Origin: an uncultured Gemmatimonadales bacterium
Lineage (GTDB): Bacteria; Gemmatimonadota; Gemmatimonadetes; Gemmatimonadales; GWC2-71-9
Direction: 5' to 3'
Length of the DNA stretch: 64,000 bases
NCBI GenBank assembly: GCA_963821525.1
Contig: CAWGED010000012.1
Coordinates: forward strand, 32,001 to 96,000
This document shows, in pieces, positions 32,011 to 42,691 of this stretch. A model generated the notes under the pieces. That model saw nothing but the letters and a program-made list of their open reading frames with translations. It was not told the DNA's origin and did no database searches. How positions within the stretch are numbered: position 1 is the stretch's first letter; each line of letters begins with the position of its first letter. Made by a program: the position numbers and the translations under genes.

Positions 32011-34110
32011 CAGAACGGCTGCCCGAAGGTGAAGTGGAACGTGAAATGGCTGGGCCGCTCCTGCTTGAAATCGTCCTGCACCAGCACCAGCGTGCCGTCG
32101 GTCCGCTCGAGATAAAGCGGCCCGGTCTGCCGGTCGTAGTGGTTGTACCCCACATCGAGACGGGCGGGCCCCAGCGGTGTCGCGATACGAATGCCGAAGC
32201 CCGGCGTGATCCGCAGGGTAAAGGGTGCCAGGTTCCCCTTCCCCCGCTCCCACAAACTTCCGGCGTCCACGAAGGCGGCGAGCCGGACCCGGGACGACCA
32301 GATCGGGGAGGGCACCCGCACCTCGAATTGCCCGATGGTCACCGTGTTTCCACCGGTGGCGGAGAATCTGGGCTGGACCAGACCACGGGCCAGCGAGTCC
32401 TGCAACCCCAGGGTCAGGCTATCGGCCGGGTACACGTACACCACCGGTCCCAGCTCATTCACGTTGTAGCCCCGGACGTCATTCGGCCCGCCGGCGTAAT
32501 AGCGCTCTTCCGGCGGAATGAAATTGCCCGAGGCACTATCAAGCGCCACCGACGGGGCAAACATGATTCCGCCCCGGAGGTGCCAGCTGAACACCACTTG
32601 ACCGACCTGTTTGTACCAGGAGGCGTCTCCGGTGAACCGGAGGAATTCCTCGAAGTCATCCGACCCGGTGAGGGGCGAGCTCACCGCACTCTCGATCGAG
32701 TACACGTGACCCCGGGTCGGATCCAGCGGATTGTTGGAACGGGGCCAGGCGATGCCAGCGCCAAAGATTCCGAGCACCCGGCGCTCCGCGAGGCGCTGCG
32801 CATCCTGCGGGGTGCAGGCGTTGAAGAACGCGCAGAAACTGGCCGCGCTCGCGGTGGTGCGTCCGTAGGAGAGCTTGTACCCCACGGTGATCGGGACCCG
32901 GTGATAGTCTTCCCGCAACAGTGTCGCGCTGAGGCCGATCTCCTCCCGCCGGTAGACCTCGAACTCTGACCGGCGCTCGGCGAAGAGGGCGAAGGTTCCG
33001 GCGATGATCGGCGAAACGAAGCGCGGCTGCCGGACCGAGGCGGTGACGTTGTAGTTGAGCTTGGAGGAGCCGATCGTGTCGTCCACCAGGCCGGAACAGA
33101 TCGAATTCTCCAGTCCCCAGTCGGTGGGAGTTCCGACTCCCACCTTGGAGACTCTGCCGCTGATATCGAAGAGACGTCCGGTTCGAAGCAGATTGCGGTC
33201 GGTCCAGCCCACTCCACCGCGAAAGCAGTCTTCCGTGGCATAGCCGATACTGCTGCGGATCCGGTGCCGCAGTCCGTCACGCAGGTCCACCGTCAGGGGA
33301 ACCACGGTGTCGCCGGGCTGCCACTGGCTGGAATCCACCTTCACGGTGGCGAGCCGGAACAATTCGGTCTGGTAGAGCTTCCGCTGACTTTCGAAGAGTC
33401 GCTGCTGGGAGTACCGGGACCCGGGTCGCAGAGTCAGCAGCTGGCGAACGAAGACCGAGTCCACTCGTTCGCTTCCTTGCACCGCGATCGGGCCGATTCG
33501 GGCACGGGGGCCGGTCACTACGCCGACCGAGGCGGTCGCCTTTCGCTCGACGCGGTCCACCGTGTAGTTGCGGAATACTTCCGCCGAAGGGTAGCCCTTG
33601 TTTCGAAGGCGCTGGAGCAGCGTGTCGGAGCTGGCCTGAAACAGGAAGCGGTTGAACGGCTTCCCCTCCTGCAGTGGAAGCTCGTCGGTGATGTCCTTCC
33701 GATTCTCCAACGGAATCGAGACCGGTGATCGTGAACGAGGTCACGACGATCGGAGGGCCTTCCTTGATCAGGAATTTCACCTTCACGTTGGTGGGAGTCC
33801 GTTTGACCACCGTGTCTACCTTAACTTCCATGAAGCCGCTCTGCCGGTAGAACAGGATGATCCGCAGCACGTCACGCCGGAACTCGATCTCGTCGAACTC
33901 ACGCTTCTCGCCCAGCCCGATCCATTTGAAGGGTGGGGTGCGGGCAAACCAGTTCGAATTGGTTGTCCCGATTGCGGCGCTCAAGGAGTAATCGTCGATG
34001 GTCTTGTTCCCCTCGAAGTCCAACCCGCGCACTACCCTGACCGAATCCTGAGCCTGCAAGACAGCGGTACACATCACCAAGCACCCGACGATGCCGAAGA
34101 GGCGCGTCAC
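32010..34110 (-). CDS. BamA/TamA family Omp85 protein (frameshift near 33715)
   Basis: POTRA-like repeats, YAGGPNDVRGY, GFGIRIATPLGPARLDVG, terminal F. Confidence 0.9.
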
Positions 34111-34155
34111 AAAATCAGACAGATGAGCCTGCCCCGGGACGGGTCCGTACCGTGA

Positions 34156-34184
34156 TTGACGGCATCGTTTAAGTGCTGTAGTTT
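34156..34184 (+). promoter_or_regulatory. Candidate sigma-70 promoter
   Basis: TTGACG-N17-TAGTTT. Confidence 0.5.
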
Positions 34185-34224
34185 GGCGGAGTTAGACCAA
34201 AGAGTCAACGAGGTTTAGTGCACC

Positions 34225-34470
34225 GGGCGGACTGGCGGTGAAGTCGCGTCATGCGCCCCGGTCTGCATTACACATTCCACCTGCGGTCCAACGCGAAGTT
34301 CCAGGACGGGCGGCCTGTCACGGCGGGCCAAGTGCGCGCGAGCTTCCTCCGGGCACTGGATTCCACCCTCACGAGCGGACGGGCCTGGCCGATCTTTCCA
34401 ATACGGGGGGCACGGGCGTACTCCGCGGGGGACACCACTGCGCGCGGGAGTCGAGGCCCCGAACGATTCG
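34225..34470 (+). pseudogene. Fragment of family-5 ABC substrate-binding protein (OppA/DppA-like)
   Basis: GLHYTFHLRSNAKFQDGRPVTAGQVRASF matches the SBP-5 signature; no signal peptide or C-terminal part. Confidence 0.7.
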
Positions 34471-34557
34471 ACTCTCCTCATCTCTTTCTTTGTCTCGTTT
34501 CGTGCTGGTCAATCTTCTTACCGATTCCTCTATGCGAAAGCTGATCCGTTTGAGTAG

Positions 34558-34676
34558 GGCGGGAAGGCGGGATGGCGGTATGGCGGTCAGTGCGTTGGCG
34601 GACGCAGGAGTACGATCAGGATTCTGCTCGCGTTCGTCCTCTTTTCCGCCTGACCGCCTTACCGCCTTCCCACCCT
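34558..34676. repeat. Inverted octamer tracts (GGCGGKMW)n ... (TKACCGCC)n
   Basis: ggcgggaa ggcgggat ggcggtat ggcggtca ... ttccgcc tgaccgcc ttaccgcc ttcccacc. Confidence 0.75.
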
Positions 34677-36118
34677 GGCAGATCTCCAAGTCGGAAACCA
34701 AACGCATCGATGCCCTCCTCGACACGCCACCATTCAACCGGCACTTCTGGGGCGTTGCCTTGGTGGATGACAAGGGCAAGCTGCTCTACGGGAGGAACGC
34801 CGACCGACTCTTTGTCCCGGCCAGCAATACCAAGCTGGTGGTGAGTGCGGTGGGCTCGGCCCGGCTGGCTCCCGATTGGACGGTCACGACCAGCGTGTAC
34901 GGGAGCGGGTCGATGACCAGCGGCACCCTGGACGGCGACCTCATTCTGTACGGGCGTGGATCGCCGTTCTCGGGGATTCGCTGCTACGCGACTGACAGCA
35001 CCCTCGCCGGGGTCTGCGATAACGATCCGTTCGCTCCGTACCGCGCGTTGGCGGAGTCGCTCAGCGCACGCGGGCTCAAGGTGGTGAGCGGAGATCTGAT
35101 CGGCGACGGAAGCTGGTTCGATGGCGAGCTGATCCACCCGGGCTGGGAGAGCTACGACCTGAGCTGGTGGTACGCGGCGCCGGTCTCGGGGCTGGGCTTC
35201 AACGACAACAGTGTGGACCTCGCCTGGGAACCGGGACGGGCGCAATACGCCCCCGCTTCAATCAGCATGACGCCGGATGTCGGAGACGTCACCCTGGAGA
35301 ACCGGACTCAGACCGGCGCCTCCGGCAGCGAAGACAGCATCGATTTCTTCCGGATCCCCGGCTCGATGACGCTCTGGGCCCAGGGCAACGTCGCGGCCGA
35401 CAGCAAAGGCGGAACGGAATACTTCGCGATGCCCGATCCGAATCTGTTCACCGCGCGGGCCTTTCGCCGCATGCTGAATGAGGCGGGTATCAGCATCCTG
35501 GGGACCACCCGTTCGACGACCGACTCGGTCAAGTATGCGAGTGCGCGAACCGCGCCTCCGCTCGCGGAGCTCAAGTCACGCCCGCTGCGGGACTGGGTCT
35601 TCCCCATCCTGAACACCAGCCAGAACTGGTACGCCGAAATGCTGCTCAAGCAGCTCGGCAAGCAGTTCGGGAAGGCGGGCTCGTGGTCGGAAGGGATCGA
35701 GGTCGAACGCCGCTTTCTCATTGATTCAGTCGGAGCGGACTCGACCCAGTTCAGCCTGAGCGATGGCTCCGGCCTCTCCAGCGTGAACTTCGTCTCTCCA
35801 CTCACGTTTACGAAGCTGCTGCTCTTCATGCGCAGCCACCCGAACTTCCAGACATTCGTCGCCGGCCTGCCGCAGTCCGGCAATACCGGATCGCTCAAGC
35901 GCCGCTTCGTCGCAACGCCGCTCGAAGGGAAGGTCTGGGCCAAGACCGGCAGCATCAGCGGAGTCAACACGCTCTCGGGCTATTTCGAGCTGAACAACGG
36001 CAAGACCTACACCTTCTCCGTGCAGGCGAATCACCACGTGCTGGGCGGGCGGACTATGTTGCCCGAGATTGACAGTGTGGTCGTTGCACTTGCGAAGGCG
36101 GTTTCGAAGAAGAAGTAA
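34590..36118 (+). CDS. dacB: D-alanyl-D-alanine carboxypeptidase/endopeptidase PBP4 (S13); start uncertain
   Basis: PASNTK, SQN, DGSGLS, AKTGS. Confidence 0.92.
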
Positions 36119-36127
36119 GTTTCCGAT

Positions 36128-36240
36128 GCCGTAAGCCATAAGCCATCAGCCGTAAGCCGTCAGCCGTCAGCCGTCAGCCGTTAGCCGTAAGCCGTTAGCC
36201 GTTAGCCGACAAGGATCGTACCGTTTTATGGCTTATGGCT
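36128..36240. repeat. 12 x (GCCRTHA) heptamers plus short inverted arm (TTATGGC)2
   Basis: Units counted 36128-36211; inverted arm 36226-36240. Confidence 0.95.
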
Positions 36241-36257
36241 CGAACCAGGTGAGCAGC

Positions 36258-36749
36258 ATGCTGCTACTCCTAATACGCCACGGGGACGCGGGCTCGCGCG
36301 ATGCGACGAAGTGGCCCGATGACACCGAGCGGCCTCTGACCAAACAGGGCAGCCGGCAAACGGCGAAGATGGCGAAACGGCTGCGCCGCCGCGGCTACAT
36401 CCCGACTGTCCTGCTCAGCAGTCCGTGGGTTCGAGCGTGGCAGACGGCGGAGGTCGTAGCCCAGGAGTTCGAGGACGAAGGACTCATGCCGGAGGCTTGC
36501 GAGCCGCTGGCAACCATGCCGCGGATCGAGCGGTTCGTCGAGGTCATCGGTACCCCGGGAGATGAGGCCATGATCGCCCTGGTCGGCCACGAGCCGTGGC
36601 TGGGAGAGCTCGCCTCCCGTCTCCTTACCTCCAGTACTTCCCGGCTGCAGATCGATTTTCCAAAAAGCGGAGTCATCGGGATCGAACTCGAGACAGTCGA
36701 GAGCGGGGCGGGAAGGCTGATGTTGTTCTGGAGGCCTAAAGGGGAATAG
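36258..36749 (+). CDS. sixA: Phosphohistidine phosphatase SixA
   Basis: IRHGDA, RPLT, SSP..RA.QTA, VGHEP. Confidence 0.9.
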   Translation: MLLLLIRHGDAGSRDATKWPDDTERPLTKQGSRQTAKMAKRLRRRGYIPTVLLSSPWVRAWQTAEVVAQEFEDEGLMPEACEPLATMPRIERFVEVIGTPGDEAMIALVGHEPWLGELASRLLTSSTSRLQIDFPKSGVIGIELETVESGAGRLMLFWRPKGE

Positions 36750-36866
36750 TTCCGAGTTCCCTGAGTACCTAGGAAGATTACCGACTCAACCCAGTTCCGA
36801 GTTCCGACTGCGGCTAACAGCTAACAGCTTATGGCTGATGGCTGACGGCTAACGGCTGACGGCTAT
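36748..36866. repeat. Heptamer tracts: left (AGTTCCG)n, right about 8 x (TDAYRGC)
   Basis: agttccgagttccc...agttccgagttccga then ggctaacagctaacagcttatggctgatggctgacggctaacggctgacggcta. Confidence 0.9.
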
Positions 36867-36880
36867 TAACTTCCCCCGCC

Positions 36881-38251
36881 ATGAATTCCCCCAATCCATT
36901 GCGGGTGGCGATCGTCGGCACCGGGCCGTCGGGATTCTACGCCGCGGAACACCTGCTGAAGAAGCACCCAGGAGTCGAAATCGATCTCTTCGATCGGCTT
37001 CCCACTCCCTTCGGACTGGTGCGCGGCGGAGTGGCACCGGATCATCAGAAGATCAAATCGGTCACCCGGGTCTACGAGAAGATCGCATCGCAACCCGGCG
37101 TTCGGTTCCTGGGCAACGTCCTCATCGGGCGGGATCTCACCCGCGAGGAAGTGCTCGATCACTACGATGCCGTCATCTACGCGTTCGGGGCCCACAGCGA
37201 CCGCACCCTTGGCATCCCGGGGGAACATCTGGCCGGGAGCCACGCCGCCACCGAGTTTGTCGGCTGGTACAACGGCCATCCCGACTACCAGGACCACAGC
37301 TTCGACCTTTCGCAGGAAAACGTCGTGGTCATCGGGGTCGGGAACGTCGCCGTGGACGTGACCCGGGTCCTGTCGCGCACCCCCGAGGAGCTAGCCAAGA
37401 CAGACATCGCTCCTTACGCCCTTGAGGTGCTCCAGAACAGCGGGGTGAAGAATGTCTACATGGTCGGCCGCCGCGGACCGGTCCAGGCGGCCTTCACCAA
37501 TCCCGAGCTCAAAGAGCTGGGCGAGATGCCCGGCGCCGACATCGTCGTGCTCCCGAACGAGCTGGTGCTTGATGAAGGGAGCCGGGCTACCCTGGCCCGG
37601 GCCGAAGAGCGCACTGCGGAGAAGAACCTGCATACTCTGGAGGCCTTCGCCTCGAAACCGCAGGAAGGGAAGCCGATGCGGATCCACTTGCGGTTCCTGC
37701 TGTCGCCGCTGGAATTGCACGGCGACGGCAGTGTGGAAGCGGTGAAACTGGCCCGGAATCGCCTGGTCGCGACCGCCAATGGAGACCTTCGCGCGGAACC
37801 CACCGGCGAAACCGAGGTCATCCCCGCCGGACTCGTCTTCCGCTCCGTTGGCTATCTCGGCACCGGCATTCCCGGTGTCGTCTTCGATGCGAAGCGCGGC
37901 ATCATGCCGAACGAAGGAGGCAGAGTCGTGACCGCTCCCGGCACCGCCAGCCAAGGCGAGTACGTCGTGGGATGGATCAAGCGGGGCCCTACCGGGGTGA
38001 TCGGAACCAACAAGCCCGACGCAACAGAGACCACGGATCATCTGCTGGAGGACTTCACCTCAGGCAAGCTGGAGCGGACTCTTTCCCCCCGAGACGAAAT
38101 AGACCGCATGCTCGAGCAGCGCGGCGTGCGGGTGGTGACCTGGGAAGATTGGCGAAAACTGGATCAGATCGAGCGCGAGCGCGGGGCCGCCCTCGGCCGG
38201 CCCCGACTCAAGTTCACTACCGTCGCCGACATGCTGGGGGCCCTCGGATGA
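36881..38251 (+). CDS. Ferredoxin-NADP+ reductase, adrenodoxin-reductase/FprA type
   Basis: GTGPSGFY, FGLVRGGVAPDH, FVGWYNGHP, GNVAVD, GWIKRGPTGVIG. Confidence 0.93.
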   Translation: MNSPNPLRVAIVGTGPSGFYAAEHLLKKHPGVEIDLFDRLPTPFGLVRGGVAPDHQKIKSVTRVYEKIASQPGVRFLGNVLIGRDLTREEVLDHYDAVIYAFGAHSDRTLGIPGEHLAGSHAATEFVGWYNGHPDYQDHSFDLSQENVVVIGVGNVAVDVTRVLSRTPEELAKTDIAPYALEVLQNSGVKNVYMVGRRGPVQAAFTNPELKELGEMPGADIVVLPNELVLDEGSRATLARAEERTAEKNLHTLEAFASKPQEGKPMRIHLRFLLSPLELHGDGSVEAVKLARNRLVATANGDLRAEPTGETEVIPAGLVFRSVGYLGTGIPGVVFDAKRGIMPNEGGRVVTAPGTASQGEYVVGWIKRGPTGVIGTNKPDATETTDHLLEDFTSGKLERTLSPRDEIDRMLEQRGVRVVTWEDWRKLDQIERERGAALGRPRLKFTTVADMLGALG

Positions 38252-39340
38252 AGCCAATCAGACTCGCTCTGCTCGGCGGTGTCCTGCTTCAGGGGTGTAG
38301 CAACTTGGGAAAGTTCGTAGAAGAGGTATTCAAGGAAAGACCACCGGTTCCACTTCAGGCGGCGGAAATCTCCAGCGATGCCCGGCTGGATTCGACCGGC
38401 GCCATCGTGGGAAGCTTCGTAGGCGAGGGCACCAGCCGCCGAGTACATCTTCTCTCCAGCGACACGGGGCTGGTCGCCGCACTGGTCAGGCGCTATCGCC
38501 CGGTCAATCAGCGGGGCTCGACGGTGTGGGAGTGGCTGGACCGAGCAGGGCACCTACGCCATCAACGTGGATCGGCGTCGCGACCCGATCCTCGCCAACC
38601 AGCCGATGGTGACCGGCTCACCCGACGGCCACACCGCGGTAGAGCTGGAGACCATCCTGCTGCACGGCAGCCGGTGCGGCTGGCGTGGGACTCAGGTGGA
38701 GTTCATTGTCGATCCGGTAGGCTCTAATCCATCGCTCCGCGGTCCGGTAGTCGGATCCTTCCGGGATTCGCGAGCGAACTGGCAGGGAGATCAGGGGTAT
38801 CGCAGCCCACCGACCGAGCCGGACGACCGCCTGGTGGACACGCTTCTCGCGGCGACAGCGGCCGCAATGGATTCCGTGCTCCAATCGCGGCTCTCCTCGC
38901 GGGACCTGCCGCTCGTGTCGGTCGCAGGAGCCCGGCTTGAGGTGAATACCCTGGAAGACATCGATGCGGCCGATGTCCTGGCGTTCCAGCTGGAAGACGG
39001 CCGGGTACGCTACGCTGTCTCACTGCGCGAACAACGCCGGACCGGCTCGGGGACCCCGCTCGTGGCGGCGACGGTCATGGTGTGGGACGCCTCCATGGTC
39101 TGGCGCCAATTCGTTTTTGCTCCCACTCTGCTGGAGTTCCGCTACGGCAGGCTTCGGCCCTGGAAGTCCTGGCCTCCTTTCTACTGGCGGCGGCTCGATG
39201 CGATGAGCGGATTCGCCTTTCAGCGCGACTATCTCTGGATGGAGCAGGTGGACGTCGCCGATGACGCGGTACTCTGGACGGTGCTGGAGCCACGGAGCAA
39301 TACGGTCGTCGCGGCAGCGGAGGTCGATGGTCCGTGTTGA
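38248..39340 (+). CDS. Hypothetical lipoprotein (frameshift near 38550)
   Basis: MKPIRLALLGGVLLQGC lipobox; ATGA overlap; continues in ORF 38567-39340. Confidence 0.7.
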
Positions 39341-39858
39341 TTGCAACCGATCGCCTCGAGCTGATTCCCTTCACTGCCGAAGCCATCGATCTGCTGCTGG
39401 CGCGGGACCAGAGCCAATTGCGGGAAACCACCGGGCTCGAGTTCCCCGAACCGCTCCGGCCGCCGCCGTTGATGGAAGAGCTGCTCCCCCAGGTGCGAGA
39501 CCGGCTTCGCGCCGAGCCGGCGAGCCTTGGTTGGTGGACCTGGCTCGCGGTGGAGCGGGACTCGCGGCGGGTGACGGGAGCGCTTGGCTTCGGCGGCCCG
39601 CCCGATCCCGAAGGCGCCGTGATGATCGGCTACTCCACGTATCCCGGAGCGGATCGGAAAGGCTACGCCTCGGAGGCCACCCGGGCGCTGGTGGAGTGGG
39701 CGCTGGCTCAGCCCGGTGTCACCACGGTGTGCGCCAGCATCCCGCCCGACAACTGGCCGGCGCGCCGGGTGGCCGAGAAAGTTGGGATGGAGGTATTCGG
39801 AACGGTGTGGGAAGAGGACATCGACGAAGTCCTGCTCTACCGTATCGAGCGCCAATGA
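39334..39858 (+). CDS. GNAT N-acetyltransferase (RimJ/RimL-like)
   Basis: TDRLEL, IGY, RKGYASEA, N...RRVAEKVG. Confidence 0.9.
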   Translation: MLIATDRLELIPFTAEAIDLLLARDQSQLRETTGLEFPEPLRPPPLMEELLPQVRDRLRAEPASLGWWTWLAVERDSRRVTGALGFGGPPDPEGAVMIGYSTYPGADRKGYASEATRALVEWALAQPGVTTVCASIPPDNWPARRVAEKVGMEVFGTVWEEDIDEVLLYRIERQ

Positions 39859-39874
39859 CGAGCCGGGAATCGTG

Positions 39875-40420
39875 ATGAAGATCTACACCAAGACGGGCGA
39901 CGAAGGCGACACCGGTCTCTTTGGCGGAGGACGAGTGCCGAAGGACCATCCCCGGGTCGAGGCGTACGGAGAAGTGGATGAGCTCAACTCCGCGATCGGC
40001 GTCGCGCGGGCTGCGGCTCCGGTTGCCCTGTTCGATGAATTGCTCGAAAGCATCCAGCGAGACCTCTTCGCGATCGGGGGCCAGCTGGCAAGTCCCGATC
40101 CGGAGAAGGTGCGTAAGGCGCTCGAGAAGGCAGGTCTGTCGGAGGAGCGGGTCGCCGTGATGGAGCGAGCCATCGATGAGGCCGATCGCGAGCTGGCTCC
40201 GCTCACGGCGTTCGTCCTTCCTGCCGGCAGTGCCAAGGCGGCGGCGTTGCATCTCGCGCGAACCGTGTGCCGGCGGGCGGAGCGTTCCGTCGTGGGGCTT
40301 TCCCGTGACACCGCGGTGCCCCCAGTCTTCGTAGTCTATCTCAATCGGCTGTCCGACTTGCTTTTCACGCTGGCCCGCCTGGCCAATCACCGCGAAGGGG
40401 TGCAAGAAACGAAGTGGTGA
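39875..40420 (+). CDS. ATP:cob(I)alamin adenosyltransferase, PduO type
   Basis: KIYTKTGDEG.T, YGEVDELNS, RTVCRRAER, YLNRLSD. Confidence 0.95.
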   Translation: MKIYTKTGDEGDTGLFGGGRVPKDHPRVEAYGEVDELNSAIGVARAAAPVALFDELLESIQRDLFAIGGQLASPDPEKVRKALEKAGLSEERVAVMERAIDEADRELAPLTAFVLPAGSAKAAALHLARTVCRRAERSVVGLSRDTAVPPVFVVYLNRLSDLLFTLARLANHREGVQETKW

Positions 40421-41508
40421 GGCCTCCTATCCCGGTCGCTCACGCGCTGGGGAATTATCCGGTTCATGTCGATGTCGGAGCGCTGGCGGGTTTACCCGAG
40501 ATGCTGGCCGGTCTCTGGGGGGAACGTCGTTTGGCGATCATCACCGACACCCACGTCGCGGCGTTGTATGACAAGTGGGCTCAGGGGAACACTGTGCGCG
40601 CCGAGGCCACGCTCATCTTCCCTGCCGGTGAAGAATCCAAGACCCGCGAGACCTGGATCCGACTCTCCGACGAGCTGCTCGCCCGGGGCTTCGGCCGCGA
40701 TTCGGCGATCGTAGCGATTGGTGGAGGCGTGGTGGGAGACATGGCGGGATTCGTGGCCGCCACCTACTGCCGCGGCGTTCCGTATGCGCAGGTCCCCACA
40801 ACGCTGCTTGCGATGCTCGATGCCTCGGTCGGCGGAAAGGTTGGGGTCGATACACCGCAGGGGAAAAACCTGATTGGAGCCTTTCACCCACCGGCAATCG
40901 TCGTCTCCGATCCGGCTGCTCTGATGGACCTGCCGGCAGCCGAGTATCGCGCCGGATTTGCCGAGGCGATCAAGCACGGCGTGATCGCGGACGCGGGCTA
41001 TTTCGATTGGATCGAGACCCATGCCTCGGAACTCGCCGCGCGGTCCGAGGAGACCCTGGTGGATCTGATTCGGCGAAGCGTGGAGATCAAGGCGGAGGTG
41101 GTCAGCGCGGACGAACGAGAGTCGGGGCGGCGCGCGATTCTCAACGCGGGTCATACCGTGGCGCATGCGCTGGAGACCGAATCCGGTTTTCAACTGGCTC
41201 ACGGTGAAGCCGTCGCCCTGGGGCTGATCGCGGAGACCCAGATTGCCGAGCGACTGGGAATCGCTCGAACCGGACTCTCACAACAAATCGCCAGCCTCGC
41301 GGGAGCGCTGGGCCTGCCGATCGAGTCGCAGACTCCGCGCGATCTCCAGCGTCTGATGCAAGCGCTGACGCGCGACAAGAAAAATCGCGCCGGAACAATT
41401 CATCTCGCATTGGCCGAAGACGTGGGAAGAATGCACGTCGCGAACGGACAGTGGACCGTGCCGGTGGATAGCACGATGATCATGGAGGTTTTGGTCCAGC
41501 GCAGCTGA
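40414..41508 (+). CDS. aroB: 3-dehydroquinate synthase
   Basis: GEESK, GGGVVGD, PTTLLAMLDASVGGK, LNAGHT, HGEAV, DKK. Confidence 0.96.
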   Translation: MVRPPIPVAHALGNYPVHVDVGALAGLPEMLAGLWGERRLAIITDTHVAALYDKWAQGNTVRAEATLIFPAGEESKTRETWIRLSDELLARGFGRDSAIVAIGGGVVGDMAGFVAATYCRGVPYAQVPTTLLAMLDASVGGKVGVDTPQGKNLIGAFHPPAIVVSDPAALMDLPAAEYRAGFAEAIKHGVIADAGYFDWIETHASELAARSEETLVDLIRRSVEIKAEVVSADERESGRRAILNAGHTVAHALETESGFQLAHGEAVALGLIAETQIAERLGIARTGLSQQIASLAGALGLPIESQTPRDLQRLMQALTRDKKNRAGTIHLALAEDVGRMHVANGQWTVPVDSTMIMEVLVQRS

Positions 41509-41680
41509 TTCACACAACGCACCACACGCCTTCCACAGCTCTCCACCTTTCCCCTTCTTGTAACCGACTGTACGACAATCAGTTACCTGCTTGTATTGAA
41601 TCGCGGCAATTGTGGAAAGCTGTGGAAAGGTGGACAAAACTTGGAATCGGCTGGTGCTGAACGATTTGTGATGTGGAAAT
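41506..41680. promoter_or_regulatory. Cluster of DnaA-box-like 9-mers in a lower-GC spacer
   Basis: TGATTCACA 41506, CCTTCCACA 41529, TGTGGAAAG 41611 and 41621, GGTGGACAA 41629, TGTGGAAAT 41672. Confidence 0.5.
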
Positions 41681-41690
41681 CTAAAAATGC

Positions 41691-41719
41691 TTGACCGCCT
41701 CTCCGGGGCGTCCTATATT
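41691..41719 (+). promoter_or_regulatory. Sigma-70 promoter of the sigma factor gene
   Basis: TTGACC-N17-TATATT. Confidence 0.7.
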
Positions 41720-41796
41720 CGCACACCTTTTTTGACGGCCACCGCGGGCCGCCTCCCTTCGAACAAAATTCAGCAGCACTTCCGCTCGGGGAGTCT

Positions 41797-42690
41797 ATGG
41801 CATCACTCAACGAGAGCCGGGGCAAAGTTTTCTTTCGTCCAGTTGCAACCGGCGCGTTCGATCAGTACCTGCAGGACATTCAAAAGTTGCCGATGATCAC
41901 CGATCCCGCCGAGGAGAAACGGCTGGCCCGGCTGGTCCAGAAGGGAGATGAGAAGTCGGCGGAACGCCTGGTAACGGCCAACCTGAGATTCGTCATCTCC
42001 TACGTGAAGAAGTATCAGGGCCACGGTCTGGATCTCGCCGAGCTGGTGGCGATCGGCAACGAAGGGCTCCTCAAAGCAGTTCGCAAATTCGATCCCGATC
42101 ACGGCGTGAAGTTCATTTCCTACGCAGTCTGGTGGGTGCGGCAAGCGGTTCTCAAGGCGCTTGCCGAACAGACTCGCAGCGTACGCATCCCGCTCAACCA
42201 GAATTCGGCGCTGATCAAGATGTCCCGCGCCGAGACCTTCCTGTCGCAGGAGCTGGGACGCGAGCCGACCGATGAAGAGATCGCAATGGCACTGAACGAC
42301 TCGGTCGACAACATCCGCTCCGCTCGACGCATGACGTCGGCGGAGCTTTCGCTTGATGCTCCCCTGGAGCGGGGCGACAAGAATGCGGGAACGCTCGGGG
42401 AGCGCTTTGCCGGGCCCGAAGGATTCGACATCGAGGAGAAGACCGACGCTCGGCTCACCCGCGAGTTCATCGATCGCATCTTCGAGCGGTACCTGACTCC
42501 ACGCGAGCGCAAGATCCTCTACCTCTACTACGGGCTCGAGGAAGGCTCCGAGGCTCTCACGCTGGAGAAGATCGGCGAGCTGCTGGGAGTCACCCGGGAA
42601 CGCATTCGCCAGATCCGGGAACGCGCCTTCGAGAAGCTGCGCCAGTCGCCGGACGTGAAGGGGCTGAAGGGGCACTGGATAGCGGCGTAG
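41797..42690 (+). CDS. RpoD/RpoS-family sigma-70 factor lacking region 1.1
   Basis: YLQDI, ANLRFVIS, GNEGL, KFISYAVWW, TLEKIG...TRERIRQI. Confidence 0.95.
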   Translation: MASLNESRGKVFFRPVATGAFDQYLQDIQKLPMITDPAEEKRLARLVQKGDEKSAERLVTANLRFVISYVKKYQGHGLDLAELVAIGNEGLLKAVRKFDPDHGVKFISYAVWWVRQAVLKALAEQTRSVRIPLNQNSALIKMSRAETFLSQELGREPTDEEIAMALNDSVDNIRSARRMTSAELSLDAPLERGDKNAGTLGERFAGPEGFDIEEKTDARLTREFIDRIFERYLTPRERKILYLYYGLEEGSEALTLEKIGELLGVTRERIRQIRERAFEKLRQSPDVKGLKGHWIAA

Positions 42691-42691
42691 T

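Noticed and set aside
36128..36211. CRISPR array or coding VNTR
   Set aside because: Contiguous 7-mers with no unique spacers, no cas genes, and intergenic.
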